Positions 48,644 to 62,110 are shown, numbered from the stretch's first letter. The stretch: 64,000 bases of DNA from Octopus sinensis (GCF_006345805.1 NC_043006.1:26226001-26290000), one strand, 5' to 3'. Translations and numbers: made by a program. The notes: generated from the letters alone by a model not told the origin.

Positions 48644-48983
48644 AATAAATGATATGTACAATTTTAATTATTTTTATTTTAATATTAATGTGTGCTATCA
48701 TAATAATTCCCTTTTGACTGACATCAATAAAAACTACTGATATAAATAAAATGATAAAATTGTTGACATGCATTTCAAATTCAATTCACTACTTTTATAA
48801 CATAAGTGTAGAACTGGAAAGGAGGAGTGGTAGCAAGGACCCAAGTGATTTGGAGGGGGCAAGGGGAGGGAACATTTGCAACAAAGGTTGGCCAGCATTG
48901 AATCATAAGATCCAGTTTGATTTTTAAAAACATAGCATCCTCGGGATTTATAAAGGGAATATAAAATATGAAACATTACTAAC

Positions 48984-49084
48984 AACATAAAGCTCCTTTT
49001 TGTTAAATAATTGTTGACATGAAATGGTCTCAATCAACAATGATAACAGCTTCTTTCCTTCTGATATTCGTGGAACCTCCATAT
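48984..49084 (-). CDS. MED1: MED1 exon (MEVPRISEGKKLLSLLIETISCQQLFNKKELYV)
   Basis: cttttgcag acceptor, gttagt donor, 101 nt; bridges phase 1 to phase 0 exactly; less conserved sequence. Confidence 0.85.
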
Positions 49085-49584
49085 CTGCAAAAGAACCATC
49101 AAGACAAAATTTTAATTTCTACAAATTTTTACCTCTCACTAAAGTTGAAATTTTACTAGTTTAAACATAAAATCAAAGTAATTTCACACAAAGCCTAATT
49201 AAATATCTCCACCTCTAAAACAAACATCTAATTAATTATCATAAAAATGTTGTAGTATATTACTTTATTCACTTAGATGTCCAGTCAATTCATTATAGAA
49301 CTGCTTTTCATAAATATTAGAAAGCAAATTTGGAAGGTTTATTATCAATTCAGTGTCCACTTTTCCCATGTTAACAGGAAGATATTAGACCTAGCTGGTC
49401 TTTCCAAGAAAACAAAACTGTTACATTATGTTTTTTTACTTTTTTTTTTTTTTGTAATTGATTACTGCAGAAATGAATCGTTACACAGAATGTAAACAAA
49501 GATATTTTGAGGTTTCTCACATACTTGGAAGAAAGTTGGAAATCTGAACATTTTTAGGAATATTGTGTGTGCGTGTGTGTGTGT

Positions 49585-50520
49585 CAACATCATTATTTAA
49601 TGTCCATTTTCTGTGCTGACAGGAGTTGAAGAGTTTGACAGAAGCTGGCCAGCTGGATGCCCTTCCTAATACCAGCCACTTTATTGAGTGTACTTTGTGC
49701 ATATTATGTGGCACCAGCATGAGTACCTTTTATGCGACACCAACACTCATGAGCCCTCAAGGGAAGGATCTCTCAGCTAAGAGAGGGATATAGAGGACAT
49801 GCCTGTATGTATGGATGGCCAGTTTTACTTAGCTTGACGTTACATCTCCAGCACAGCAAACTACCAGAAGTCTCGATCCGTTGTCATTTCTTCTGTGAGG
49901 CCCAATGTCTGAAGGTCCTTTCTCACCACTTTGTACTATGTCTACCAGTGTCTACTCTTTTTACAAGTTCCCTCCACAATTAGAGATCAGTACTTCTTTA
50001 TGCAGCTGTCCTCATTCATATGCATCACATGGCTACACCAGTCCAGTCTTCTCTCTTGTACACCACTTCTGATGCCGCTTGTTCCCAATTTTTCTCTTAA
50101 GATGTTTACACTATGTTGTACATACACTTACATTACCCATCCAGTTTTACTTAGCTTGATGTATCATCAAGCATGCTGGTTTCATTTCTTTCAAGCCTTT
50201 GCATGTTATCTGCAGCTATAGCCCATGTTTCACTGACATGTTGCATAGCTGTTTGTTACCAACAATGGTAGTAGCTCTCTGAGCATTGCCCAGCCTGTTC
50301 TTATTCTAGCAACTACACTTCCTCCTCCACAGTTAACTTAGTCACTCAGGTAATGAAATCTATCTGCTATTTCTAAGGATCACCCTGGATATTTGGGGTC
50401 TATTATCTATACATTCTTAGTGTTCAGTGTACCTGCACATCTACCACACATAGTTGTACATTCCTCATTGAGGAAGGACTTTGCATTTACCAGCATCTGC
50501 CTATCCTTGTATGTGGTGAG
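49585..50520 (-). mobile_element. Fragmented RTE LINE with 3' end
   Basis: catcat tail at about 49590; 3'UTR; RT C-terminal remnants similar to 59100-59775. Confidence 0.8.
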
Positions 50521-50578
50521 AATGTAGTTAATCTGCAAGTGCTCACCAGATTGATAAGGAATTAGGTGGCTGGCTGGT

Positions 50579-50609
<31 letters not shown>

Positions 50610-50667
50610 CATGCATGTGTGTGTATGTGTTTATAATTGACAGAGTACTGTGGTAGCCAGGTTACGA

Positions 50668-50783
50668 CATGAAGTATTGACAAGTTGATAGCCTACATCA
50701 TAATTATCCCCTCAAATTTTATATACACATAAAATTTGAGGGGATAATTATAATCCAGGCTATCACCTCATCAACACTTCATG
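50668..50783. repeat. Fold-back inverted repeat with a perfect 23-bp core stem
   Basis: 50700-50722 ataattatcccctcaaattttat is the exact reverse complement of 50729-50751; imperfect arms extend outward. Confidence 0.95.
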
Positions 50784-51644
50784 TAGGCCAGCATAGTATT
50801 CCATTAACTATACACACACAATTAGTTAATAAGCAAAACACCTAGAGTTTGAATAAGTTCTATGAACATATATTGGGTCTCTTTTTATTAGTGTTATCAT
50901 ACAGGCCTGACACTATGGTGAAGAAGTTTGCTTTGCAGCCACAAGGATTTGGCTTAAGCTGATTTAAACCTCATGAGTGAAAATTCTGAAAGAATCTGTA
51001 CATAAGACTGTTATATACATAGGTGTACTGTCATATTTTATTTTTTGAATTTCTCACCAATGGAGAAGGAGCCTGTTTCTAACCAAGAAACTCTTTCACT
51101 GGAATTTAGACAGTATCAGACAGGGTACTCACACATGTGTGTGTGTGTGTTTAGCATGCACACATGTTGAACTTCACGATTGTTTTACATATTTTGATGG
51201 CACCTTGTTCTTTAATCTTCTGATTAGGTTTCATCTTTCTGGTTTTCGAATCACAGCTTCCCAAGAATAGTACTGATAATTAGTTATGAAGCCAAATTCT
51301 CCAATAATTATAGGCAAAAATCTAAGCTGTATGTATATATACGTGTGTGTCACACACAATCACACAGACTGGCTTTGAACCTTCATTTAAATTAGATTCA
51401 ATTTCTTTAAATTTCTCAAGAAAATGAAAAATTGTAAGCATTCATGATCCTTGTTAACTTGAAAATTATAATTTTAATTTTTCATGGATAAAACAAGAAT
51501 AGTTTCCTTGGGTGCATATATATTAATGTTATGAGAAGAGTAATTACCAAATAAAATAGGCAGAAACATAAAGACAAAAAGCTAAGATCATGGTGAACAC
51601 CACAATGCCACTGACAGTAGTTTTAATAATTCTAAAAAACTCAC

Positions 51645-51769
51645 TTGTTATTGATTCAATCTTTTGCAACAATGAAGCCAGAACAGTGAGAGGTGTTCGT
51701 AGAGTCAGTACAAAGCAAGCTGGAAGCATACAACTGTTCATGTTGCTTAATCCTGAGAAAGATGGCAGG
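51645..51769 (-). CDS. MED1: MED1 exon (LPSFSGLSNMNSCMLPACFVLTLRTPL...)
   Basis: ctattacag acceptor, gtgagt donor, 125 nt; PSF......NS..LPACF.L motif. Confidence 0.95.
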
Positions 51770-52044
51770 CTGTAATAGAAAAATAAATGTAATTCTGGCA
51801 TAAATTAGAGTAACTTTATTTCCTTAAAAGCAAGTTCTTAAAAATCAGAATGCGCAAAACTGAATAATTGCAGGTAATGTCCAAATAAATATTGAATCTA
51901 TATTGCATTTCATCAAGACTGCTGTAAAATAAACTGTAGTAAAAAGGAAATTAAATGAGACTTTTCTTTCCACTTGTAATTTATTGTCAAAATACTAAAA
52001 GCTAGGTTAATTGGGCTTTTCTCTGAGAGCTACACAGAATACAA

Positions 52045-52280
52045 TCATCATCAACATTTAATATCTGTCTTCCATGCTGGCATGGGTGGGACAGTTTGAC
52101 AGCAGGTCCACTGTCTGCTTTGGCATGGCTTTTAAGACTGGATGCACTTCCCAATGCCAACCACCTTACAGTGTGAACTGGGTGCTTTTTACATGGCACC
52201 CGCACCACTGAGGTCACCAAGTACCTTGCAAGACAAAGGTCTTTTGCGGGAAGGGTGGTACTGTAGGAAGTGGCTTTGTA
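52045..52280 (-). mobile_element. RTE 3' end
   Basis: catcatc tail, ttccatgctggcatgggt..., ggatgcacttcccaatgccaaccac. Confidence 0.8.
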
Positions 52281-52947
52281 CCAGGACAATTTCTTGACAG
52301 GAGTATAGAATAAAAATACTTTCAAGATCGACAGAAATGCCATTTTTATATATTCTACACCTTTAAGTACAAATAATATATGAAACTGGGAAATATATAT
52401 TAATTTTCAGTATGTTACACACTTGTATTCACCTGTGTCTCACATACAAGCCTATATTATTGGACACATTCTTTTCTATAAATGTACTTTATAAATTGCA
52501 AATATTATATTGACTAATGAAAGAGTTTTATTCTTTATTTTCAATGAAAATTAATGAAATACAGAGAAAGAATAACATCTTGTACTGATTATCTTTGCAT
52601 TTCAATTAACTCTAATATACCTGCTTAGAAAAAGTGGCAAATTCTTGGAAGTCAATATCTGGGATTAATTTTAGTAACAAAACAAACAGGTAAAACACAT
52701 AAAAGGTTCCATTTTCATGTTTACTGTAAAGTTATAGCTTTCACACCAATTAACTAATTTCACTTGTCCATAGATAAAACACCCAGGTAAAAATAACTGT
52801 AAATCCTTGGTATTTAAGTAACCACCTTCTAATAAAATTTCAAGTCAATATGTAAAAAATTAAAGTTACAAAATAATACCGAGTCTGATCAAGCCAAACC
52901 AATAGGAATAGATAAGAATTACATTTGACAGAGTAATCATACATTAC

Positions 52948-53062
52948 CTTTTACCATCTTGGTTTTTCACAACTGTCATCAAAGGCATTGTTTGCAAGCG
53001 ATTCAGGGAACTGTGTTCAATTGATACTGTGACACTTTGTCCCAACTGATGTTCTGTGATGG
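52948..53062 (-). CDS. MED1: MED1 exon (ITEHQLGQSVTVSIEHSSLNRLQTMPLMTVVKNQDGK-S)
   Basis: ttttgtag acceptor, gtaatg donor, 115 nt; frame continuous; LG..V.V.IE....L...PL motif. Confidence 0.92.
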
Positions 53063-53545
53063 CTACAAAATACATTAACAATTGAAAATGCAATCAGACA
53101 CTCTAAAACAAACAGATCAAAGAAGAGAAAATAGCAAATGAATTGAATAAATCAATCTAAACTATTTATCCCTAGTATAAATTGATCTAACATTGGAATA
53201 TATTGTACTTTGTTTTAAATAAAAATGGATTCAAAGTAGACACATAATTGAGACAAAAAATTATCTTGAAAAAGAATTTATCTTAAATTTTGTTCCATAG
53301 CAGTTCCTTATGAAATACTTCAAGCTTAATACATAATTTTAATTCAAATTTATTGTTGCATGTCTATGACTATACTGAAATTTCTGTGTTTTAGAATTTC
53401 ACAATTAAATAAGCAATAAGTAGCCAAGGGATTTTTTTCATTTTTCTTAGAGATGTTTACTATTATTAGTAATTAAATTCACAAAGAATAAAAAAAGAAC
53501 AGTCCATTCAAAGCAATTTTTGAAAAAAGCCTGTAGAATACATAC

Positions 53546-53700
53546 CATCTATTGTGAGAGGATGTTTTATTTTAGTTTTACGATCAAGAAGATCATATGG
53601 AGAAACAAAATAAATAAGCTTCATCGGGCGACCACCTTTACGTGGCAACAGGATACCAAGTGGAGATCGAAAAATAATGTTAGAATCACCCACAATGATA
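53546..53700 (-). CDS. MED1: MED1 exon (IIVGDSNIIFRSPLGILLPRKGGRPMKLIYFVSPYDLLDRK...)
   Basis: ttattgcag acceptor, gtatgt donor, 155 nt; G.L.PR.GG..M.L.Y.VSP.DLLD motif. Confidence 0.95.
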
Positions 53701-54149
53701 CTGCAATAAAATAAAAAACAGAAAATCACATCACTGAAAATATTATCAAAACGATACACTACCAATCAAATCTGCATTTCCTATTGTTGAGGTGAATATC
53801 ATTCATGCTCAATAATCAACTATTAGCAACATGAGCTCACATACACTTTACTATCAGCTATGACACATACACTAGGTTCAAACTTGCACACACACACACA
53901 TACAAACACAGTGATATAGATACACATGTATACGCATACATAAGCACGTAGCACATGCTTGACTGCTAATAACGTAAGTTTTTTTTTTTATTCTCTCTCT
54001 GTTTATTTTCTCATATTCCTTTTTGGTGAAGAGTGTAGGTTTGAAATGTAAAAGACTTTTTCACTTTCCCAAGCACCAAACTAAGACACTTCTTGTTCAC
54101 CTGGCTTCATCTTTTGTTTTTCTGCAAATTTCAACTATATATATGTATA

Positions 54150-54619
54150 TACAGGGGTTGGACAAAGTAATGTTTTGCTAAAATTGCTGTTTCTTTTCAG
54201 ATATCATGAGAAAAACGTAATTAAAATTCATTAAAAATGCTAAATCTATCACACTTTCAAAGAGGTCAAATTGTTGGTGCTCCTATAGCAGGCACTAGCG
54301 TAATGAAAACACCCGAAATGTTTGGTGTATCAAGAAGTACTGTCTCGAAAGTAATGACAGCCTTTGAGAAAGAGGGGAAAACCTCGTCAAAACCAAAATC
54401 CAGAATAACTGCAGAGCTTAATGACCACCTCGAGAACCCAGTTTCCACAAAAACTGCTCACTGGGAGCTGGATAAAGCCAGATTTTATGGGAAGCTGCAA
54501 TAAGAAAACAGCTACTTCCAAAAACAAATGTTGCAAACTGTTTAGAGTGGAGTAAAAACCTACTGAATTGGTGCCTAGATCACTGGAAGAATGTTACCTT
54601 CTCGGATGAAACATCCATT
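54150..54619 (+). mobile_element. Decayed Tc1-like transposon left half
   Basis: TA then CAGGGGTTGGACAAA end; LS.FQRGQIVGA...FGVSRSTVSKV helix-turn-helix; W..VTFSDET. Confidence 0.9.
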
Positions 54620-54789
54620 ACCTGCACAAAGTAGATGCAGGTGTTTTTAAATCAAGGTTGGACCTTCTCCTGTCAAGATTCCCAGTTGAACCTACCTCGC
54701 GGCAAGAGGTGCAAATGAGAGTAGCTACATCAAACTCCATTCTTCAACAAGTGCCACAGCTCTGAGCTGAGACAACAGAAAAACAAAGA

Positions 54790-54790
<1 letters not shown>
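54620..54790 (+). mobile_element. 3' fragment of the CR1-group LINE family, followed by (TA)n
   Basis: Close match to 21806-22030 (ctgcacaaagtagatg...gaacctacctc...cagctctgagctga). Confidence 0.9.
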
Positions 54791-54829
<39 letters not shown>

Positions 54830-55531
54830 CAGTGTACATTAAGAAGCTTCCATCATAGGAATCCATTACGCTAGAAAGAACAGTTAAAATCCAAACCACT
54901 AATTAGGGCTAAATACTCGAAGGGAATGAAAAATAAAAACATTTACCCTATTTTTCCTAGACTATGCATAGTTTCTGCAATCTTATATAAATTAAAATAA
55001 AATAATTCCAATTTATATCTGGCGCTGCTTCGACAGGATGCCAAGGATCAAACATATAGATACGAGGCGATAAGTAACATGCCACATGTCTATATGTTAT
55101 AATCTTTCAAATCGACCGCGTAAGTGTGGAACTATCCGGCAGTAAATAAATTGCCGATTTTCTTTCAAACTTAGCCAAAAACCTTTTATAATTAATTTTT
55201 CCTTCTGACTAGACCACTGGTAACAAAGAATTTTTCTATAAATATTTTTGCTACCCTAAGATTTTTTTAATTAATGATAAAAAGGTTCTGAGTTCAAATT
55301 CGGCTGAGGTCTACTTCCCCTTTTATTAATACCGGGATCAATGTACAACTGACCCTTCCCCTGGAACTGGTGTCATTGTGCCAAAATTTGAAACCAATTT
55401 TATATATTTACTTTACTTATGATTAGTAAATACATCTGAATGAGCCAAAATCCCCATTCACTCGAGTGTGCATATGTGTCACGCACGCGCACGCACACAC
55501 ACATACAAAACACACATAGATGTGCAGATAT

Positions 55532-55572
<41 letters not shown>

Positions 55573-55828
55573 TATCTTTTAAAACACACTGGCATCAAAT
55601 CCTAACATTTGTTCAACTAGACATACTTATATATGAAGACACTGTTTTCTTTTATGCATAATAAATGTTTCAGTTAGAAATACTTTCTGCATAGAAATTT
55701 TCAATAGAAATAGATATTCCAAGAAATAAATCTTCTTTCATGGAAGAACATCTTTGTTGAAATAAATGCAAATAGAATTTAGCCAAAATATAAAATTCTT
55801 AGAGGTTTTCATAAGAATAAAATCCTAC

Positions 55829-55903
55829 CTCTGTAGTTGTGCAAGCATGCTTAAATCACATTCCAAAGACTGAAGCGCAAGAAAGGTTTTGGTTTTCTGT
55901 TTC
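55829..55903 (-). CDS. MED1: MED1 exon (KQKTKTFLALQSLECDLSMLAQLQ-S)
   Basis: aattttag acceptor, gtagga donor, 75 nt; K.K..LALQSLE.DL motif. Confidence 0.93.
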
Positions 55904-56962
55904 CTAAAATTAGAAGAAAATTTTTAGCCAACAACATATTATGGAAGTTTTTAACACTTCAAAATTAAAACGAGTTTTGGAAACATCAACCAGTTACCAT
56001 GTGCATAAATTTTTTGATAAACATTTGGAGTTGTTTGGGCCATACAACATGCTTGTAGGAACTGAAATCTTAACAGCTACTAGGTGCCATTCTTTTCACA
56101 TCAGTGATGATCACTATCAACTACACAATACATATTCCATGAAAACATGAGATATTATTTTGTTCATCTGATTACTACATGCACAGCGACATATTCTGCA
56201 AGTTCAATACAAAGTTTACTCAGCTTTCTGATATTTTCATAAATTAAAAAAAAAATTAAAATAAGGTACCACTGTTTCCACTCAATTGAACAATGTTCAT
56301 ATACACATTAACGCATAATGCTAAAAATAAAAAGCGAACAGAACTAAAGAGGGAATATTCTATAGGTTATTGGAAACGAAACATAGTTATTGTAGGATAC
56401 TGTACTCATTAAGTTAAACAAATCCAGTGATTCTGGAATATTCAATAAATCTAAGCAATAAGTCTCAATACACACATGCACTCAGACTAATAGTCATGTT
56501 TCATTGCTAGTCTTCACATTAAGGGGCCTGTCATATTCAATAATGTTCTCATAATTGGTGCACATAAGAGTGTATGGTTGAATTCCTATATCTTTTCAAA
56601 TTGTAGCAGCAAAGAAACTTTTTTTCTTTTCTAAGTTTCATTTTTATCAATACTTCTTAATCTTTCCCTTTTATTTGCTTGTGATGTATTACATTCATTG
56701 TTCTTTTTTACAAAGCAGACCAATTCCAGTAAACATTGACCATGTTCCAATAAGTATGGCAGCCTTAATAAAATAGAGATTCCATCAAATTATGGTGACC
56801 ACTGAGATTTATTTCAGAAACTTATTTTACTGCTCTCTCTATAAAGCCATAATCTGTAGGAAGACAGACATATCAAGGATGGCTGATCATTTGTAGTCAG
56901 CAAAGGATGGTCAAGAACCCAAATAGAAACAACGCTGAAAGATAAGATGTGTGACAATATGT

Positions 56963-57190
56963 TTAACCCTTTGGAGTTCAGATTACCCTGTCAAATGTAA
57001 TACTTATTTATTCACATTGTTTTTAATGAATTCTGTATTAGCTTGTAGCTTTGAGATTTTGGTGATGTGATTATTTATTTTTAGAATGACATTGTAATGT
57101 TAGTGTAAGATGTTGGATCTGGCTGATTTGAATATAAAACAGGAAGAATATCTAGGCCAGACATGGTTGGTTTAAATGCTAAAAGGTTAA
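56963..57190. mobile_element. piggyBac-like MITE
   Basis: ttaacccttt ... aatgctaaaaggttaa. Confidence 0.85.
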
Positions 57191-57696
57191 AGTTCCCACA
57201 AGACAATGAGATAGTGAATATATGTGTTTATGCATTAAGGGCATGAGTTCAATACCTGAGTCAGTCAGTCAATTACTCTCTTTACAGACACAAACTGTGT
57301 TTCAAACATAATGTACTAGAGTAGTAGAGTAATTAGAAAGGAGAATAAGATATGGAGTAATTAGAAAGGAGAATAAGATTGAGAACAATGTACTTCTGTG
57401 GATTTAATAAAATCTGTTTCAAATTACAAGAACATTAGCAAATTATGGTTAGCACCTGAGGAAGGTGAAAGGATACAACCAAAATGTTGTGACTAATAAT
57501 GAAAACAAGGGTAAAAGATTGAAAAGAACAGTATACAATAGTAAATTTCCATCTCAGAAATTCATACAAAATTAATTACTGTTAAGTGATACCATTTCAC
57601 AAATGATATTTAGTCAGAATGTACAATGTTAAAGTATCAAGAGGATCAAATAGGAGAAAACTTAATTCACAGGGACAGATATTTGAAAAGAGATAA

Positions 57697-57917
57697 TTAA
57701 GCCTTTAGCATTCATATTACACTGTCAAATGTAATGGTTTTTTATTCACATTTTAAAAAATTAATCATGTATTATCTTGTAGCTCTGAGATTTTGAAGAT
57801 GCAATTATTTTCATGAGATTGCATGGTAGGTGTGAGATGCTGGATATGGCTAGTTTGAACATAAAACAAGTATTTAAACTGGCCAGAGATGGCCAGTTTA
57901 AATGTATAGGTTGTTAA
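57697..57917. mobile_element. piggyBac-like MITE, degenerate ends
   Basis: Internal sequence matches 56963-57190 and 47078-47280. Confidence 0.8.
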
Positions 57918-57983
57918 CTAACATTATAAATAAATTTATAGCCTCAAAACAAAATAACTTATAAAATAAACATTTCAACTTAC

Positions 57984-58055
57984 TTGTCACCAGATATATT
58001 GTAGATTTGACATAAACCTTCCAAATGAGAAGTAAATTCACTGAAATCACCTCGG
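57984..58055 (-). CDS. MED1: MED1 exon (RGDFSEFTSHLEGLCQIYNISGD-K)
   Basis: ttttttag acceptor, gtaagt donor, 72 nt; F.EF..HL.GL...Y motif. Confidence 0.93.
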
Positions 58056-58734
58056 CTAAAAAACATAAAGCAGCAAAGAAAAGCACATTTTTATGTTGTA
58101 TGACTTCCATAATTTTTACAATATTTTGTAAATATTTACTTAAGTTTACAAAATAATACTTATTTAATTTCACTCAAGAATTTGTCATTGAAACAACTAC
58201 AAGGGCATAAAGAGTGAAAAATGGCTGGCAACACAAATATATAAGCATTTAAAAAAGTACATATAGAATAAAGTAATAATTCACAAACTTAAGATTATGT
58301 TTGACAATCCCACTAGCTATAAATATGTTATTTGATAAGAATAACATGAAAATAAACTACAGTTGCTTTGAAACAATCACAACACAAATTTACCATCATA
58401 ACTATAATTATAAAAGAAAAACATAAAAACGTTTAAAAACACCACACAACTCCTAACTGTAGCCAGAATGTAACCTCTTCCTACTCCACAAACTCAGTAA
58501 AAGAAATGACTCAACTGCTAAGCACAGAAAATTGTGGTTTCTTGTGTAAGATTTCACTAAATAAATTTTCCATTATATTTTGCACATTACAGACCTGTTT
58601 TTGGATCATGGATACAGTTGCCTAATGAGATTTGTTTTGATCAAAGTATGTGTAAAGGAATGTGTGATTTACAGCTCAACTTAAAATGGCTGGGTACCTC
58701 TGTCAGTTTTAGGAATTATTGGTGTTGTCTATCT

Positions 58735-59775
58735 CATCCTCATCATCTTTTAACATCCGTTTTTCATGCTGACATGTGTTGCACAGTTTGACTGAAGATT
58801 GACAAGCCAGAAGGCCGCGCCAGGCTCCGTTCTGTTCTGGCAAGGTTTCTACAGCTTGATGCCCTTCCTAATGCTAACCACTCAGAGAGGGTAGAGGATA
58901 CTTTTATGTGCCACAAGCACAGGGGCCAGTCAGGCAGCACTGGCATCGATAATGTTCAAATGGTGCTTTTTACATACCACTGGTATGGAAGCCTGTCAGG
59001 CAGCAATGGCATCGACCACGCTTGAATGGTGTTTCTTATGTGCCACCACCATGGGTGCTAGTTAGATGGCACTGGCATTGGCCACAACGATTTCACTTGA
59101 CTCAACAGGTCTTCTCAAGCACAGCATATCTCCAAAGGTCTCAGTCACTTTCATCATTCAAAGTTTGTGCTTCACCACTTCATCGTAGGTTTTCCTGAGT
59201 CTACCTCTTCCACAGATTCCTTTAACTGTTAGGGTATGACACATCTTCACACAACTGTCCTCATCCATATGCCTCACATGGCTATACCAGCACAGTTGAC
59301 TCTCTTGCACATCACAGCTGATGCTCCTTATGTTCAGCTTTTCTCTCAGGGCGCTTACACTCTGTCGTGTAAGCACACTGACATTACACATCCAGTGGAT
59401 CATACTAGCTTCATATCTTTCAAGCCTACGCATGTCCTCAGTGCTCACAGCCCATATTTCACTGTTGTATAATATAGTTGTTCGCACGCATGCATCATAC
59501 AGTCTACCTTTTACTCTGAGCAAGAGGCCCTTTGTCACCAGCAGAGGTAGGAGCTCTCTGAACTTTTCCCAGGCTATTCTTATTCTAGCAGCTATGCTCT
59601 CAGAGCATCCATCCCTGATACTGACTTGGTCACCTAGGTAATGGAAGCTATCAACTACTTTTAGTTTTCCCCCAATGACATGTGACGGAATCTGTTTTCT
59701 GCATATCTTTGGTGTTTATTGTCCCTGTCATCTGCACACACAAAAACTATCTTCCCAGTTAACCTTGTCATATTC
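58735..59775 (-). mobile_element. 5'-truncated RTE LINE with 3'UTR repeats and (GAT)n tail
   Basis: KGRLYDACVRTTILYNSEIWA, CGRGRLRKTY on -; contiguous 3'UTR. Confidence 0.93.
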
Positions 59776-60719
59776 TGTGAGAGGCTGAAAATCCCTGAGA
59801 ACTACATTAATGTTATGCATGTCTGTAGAGTACTCAGTGAGTTAATTTTATCCTCGTGTGGTAATGGAAAGTGAAATTGACAGCCAATATTTGCTGTGTC
59901 TATGTATCTATGTAAGAACTTTTCTTTGGATTTATGTATCTACTGTCTTTCTCTCTTTCTCTTTCACTTCCTTTGTGTCCCTCTTCTCTCCTGCTTTTAA
60001 TTTAACAATGTGTGTATGTGTCTATGTATCTACTTCTCTTGTGATATGATAAGCATTTAAAAGCACAAACTGAATGCCATCACCACCCACTGTCTCTTTC
60101 ACTCTCTTTCTCTCATACGTCCTCTCTGAAACATTTAAAAACACAAAACGAACGCCATCACCACTCACTGTCTCTTTCACTCTCTCTTTCTTTCCTACTT
60201 CCTCTCTGAAACGTTTAAAAACAAAGTAAGCTACTAGTCAACAGTTGACATGGTAAAAGTCAGTGGTTAACAAAGAGAGAGAGAGAGTCCAGAAATAGGA
60301 TGAGAGCAAGAGTAAACCGAATTGAATAATTGGATCTTTTAACTTTGCCATAATGTACCGCTAGATGAATAACAATAATAATAATTATTATTATTATAAA
60401 GAGCATTATAGAGAGAAACAGAATTCAACATTACTTCTTAACTTCAACTATTGCTATATAACCCACAGTATGTAGTTAGCCAAACTGTGATAAAATAGAT
60501 AAATGAATAAACAATAATAAATGCTAGAATAAGTCAATAATCTATCAACACATTTCATCATTTATATATATTTATATTTGGCATTACTTTTACGCATTGC
60601 ACATCTTTCTATAAAGAACTCTAGAAGCTGAAATGTATCAACTAGACGAAATACATTTTCTTCCACCAAAAATAATTCAAACAAATTGGTATAAAACAGG
60701 AAAAAAGAAGACATCTTAC

Positions 60720-60748
60720 CTGAGAACTTCCTGAAGGTCTTGACAGCT
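60720..60748 (-). CDS. MED1: MED1 29-nt micro-exon (SCQDLQEVL-S)
   Basis: ttttatttcag acceptor, gtaaga donor; aligns to human SCPELVQQL as recalled; phases fit both neighbours. Confidence 0.87.
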
Positions 60749-61239
60749 CTGAAATAAAAGCAAAATAATATTTTGTTTTAAAAGAGAGAAATTTCTCATT
60801 CTAATGTAGTGATATATGCTTTTAAATCAAAGGCAGGTACTTTTGGTGGCTGAACCAGCTATATCGTTTACTAGATGTTATATAATCTGTGGTCATTAAA
60901 TATATTTCACTACAGCATTTACACATTAAAATAAAGAGTGCATTTTCAGTAAGTTTTCTATTATTCAACCAAAAACACATGTGTGTGTGTGTGTGTGTAT
61001 TTAGTGAATCTTGTGATGACATGAATGTATACAATGCACATGTTTGTGTAATGAGCGAATCCAATATAAGTTTATGTGGGCATGTGTCATAATGTTCAAA
61101 TAATGCTATGATTCATGTCCAGAGAAAAAAAAAACTTATCCAGGTTGGAGAGGTAGCCAAGTGGGTGGGAGACCATACTTGAAATTTCAAAATGTGAACT
61201 GTTGCTTGTGCATGCAGGGGGAGAAGGTTTCCTCCCTAA

Positions 61240-62110
61240 TATTTAAAATGTTCGCTGTTGATGTTATGATATTTAGTTTTTTGATAATACAGGGCTTGCA
61301 TCTGCCTCCCCGTCCCCTGTTTTTGCTGGCCTTAGCTATGTTTGAGTATATATGAGGTTTGCTCACATTCCTCTCTTTAAGTGTCCATATCATATTGGAT
61401 AAAGATGTTGAAGGTCTTTTATTCCAATCAAATCCATAATGCTGGCCTTGTACACTAATTCTTTTACCAGGCACCTATTGTTCAGGGTACAGCAGTCTAA
61501 AGATCTACAATTACAGGATCTTTGTGGATGTTCCCAATGTTGCTATAACTATTGTAGTTGAAAATGATCAACCCTATGTTGGAGAGGCAACTATGTAGAT
61601 TTGACCATATTTCTACTGAAGATCTTGTGGTATTTATGTGAGTGAGGGAAGTGGTAATCTATGAGTGTCAGGAATTTTCTAACTGTATTAGTGGCTACAT
61701 TCATATTCTATGGGGGATTGTACCATAAAATTTTCGTCTGTCTACATCTTCTTGGTCTATCTACACTTGATTCAATATAGGTTATATTACTCTTAAACTG
61801 AACCTTTCTAATGCAGCATTGTAGCATGGAGAAGCTTTTTGAGTGTAGCTTTATCAGTGGATAAGTTGGAAACTTACATACTAATGCTATTAACAAATTG
61901 TTTGATTATTGATGGTGGGTGGTTAGAGCCTATGTCAATATCGGGGGTATCCTCATTTGGCTTATGGTAGGGTTTAAATTCGCCTGTACTACAATTCATA
62001 TTAATGTCTAGTAAATTAACTTCTTTAAAGTTAGTGTTAATTGTAGTTCTTAGATTCAGTTGGCTAAATATTTTGCATAATTTTTTCCTTATGTTAGCCA
62101 TATCCAAAAC
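61240..62110 (-). mobile_element. Penelope-like retroelement remnant (RT C-terminus, linker, GIY-YIG endonuclease)
   Basis: VNLLDI...FKPYHKPN...SNHPPSIIKQ, ILWYNPP, LVYKAS, SLSNMIWTLK, CKPCIIKK. Confidence 0.85.

Noticed and set aside
51160-51330. Candidate for the MED1 exon between 51645 and 46627
   Set aside because: The phase-compatible frame hits a stop; the exon at 48984-49084 fits exactly. Probably a Penelope C-terminal remnant.
57327-57379. 28-bp tandem duplication (also an about 77-bp duplication at about 60055-60220)
   Set aside because: Ordinary local slippage in intron or repeat sequence; nothing suggests function.
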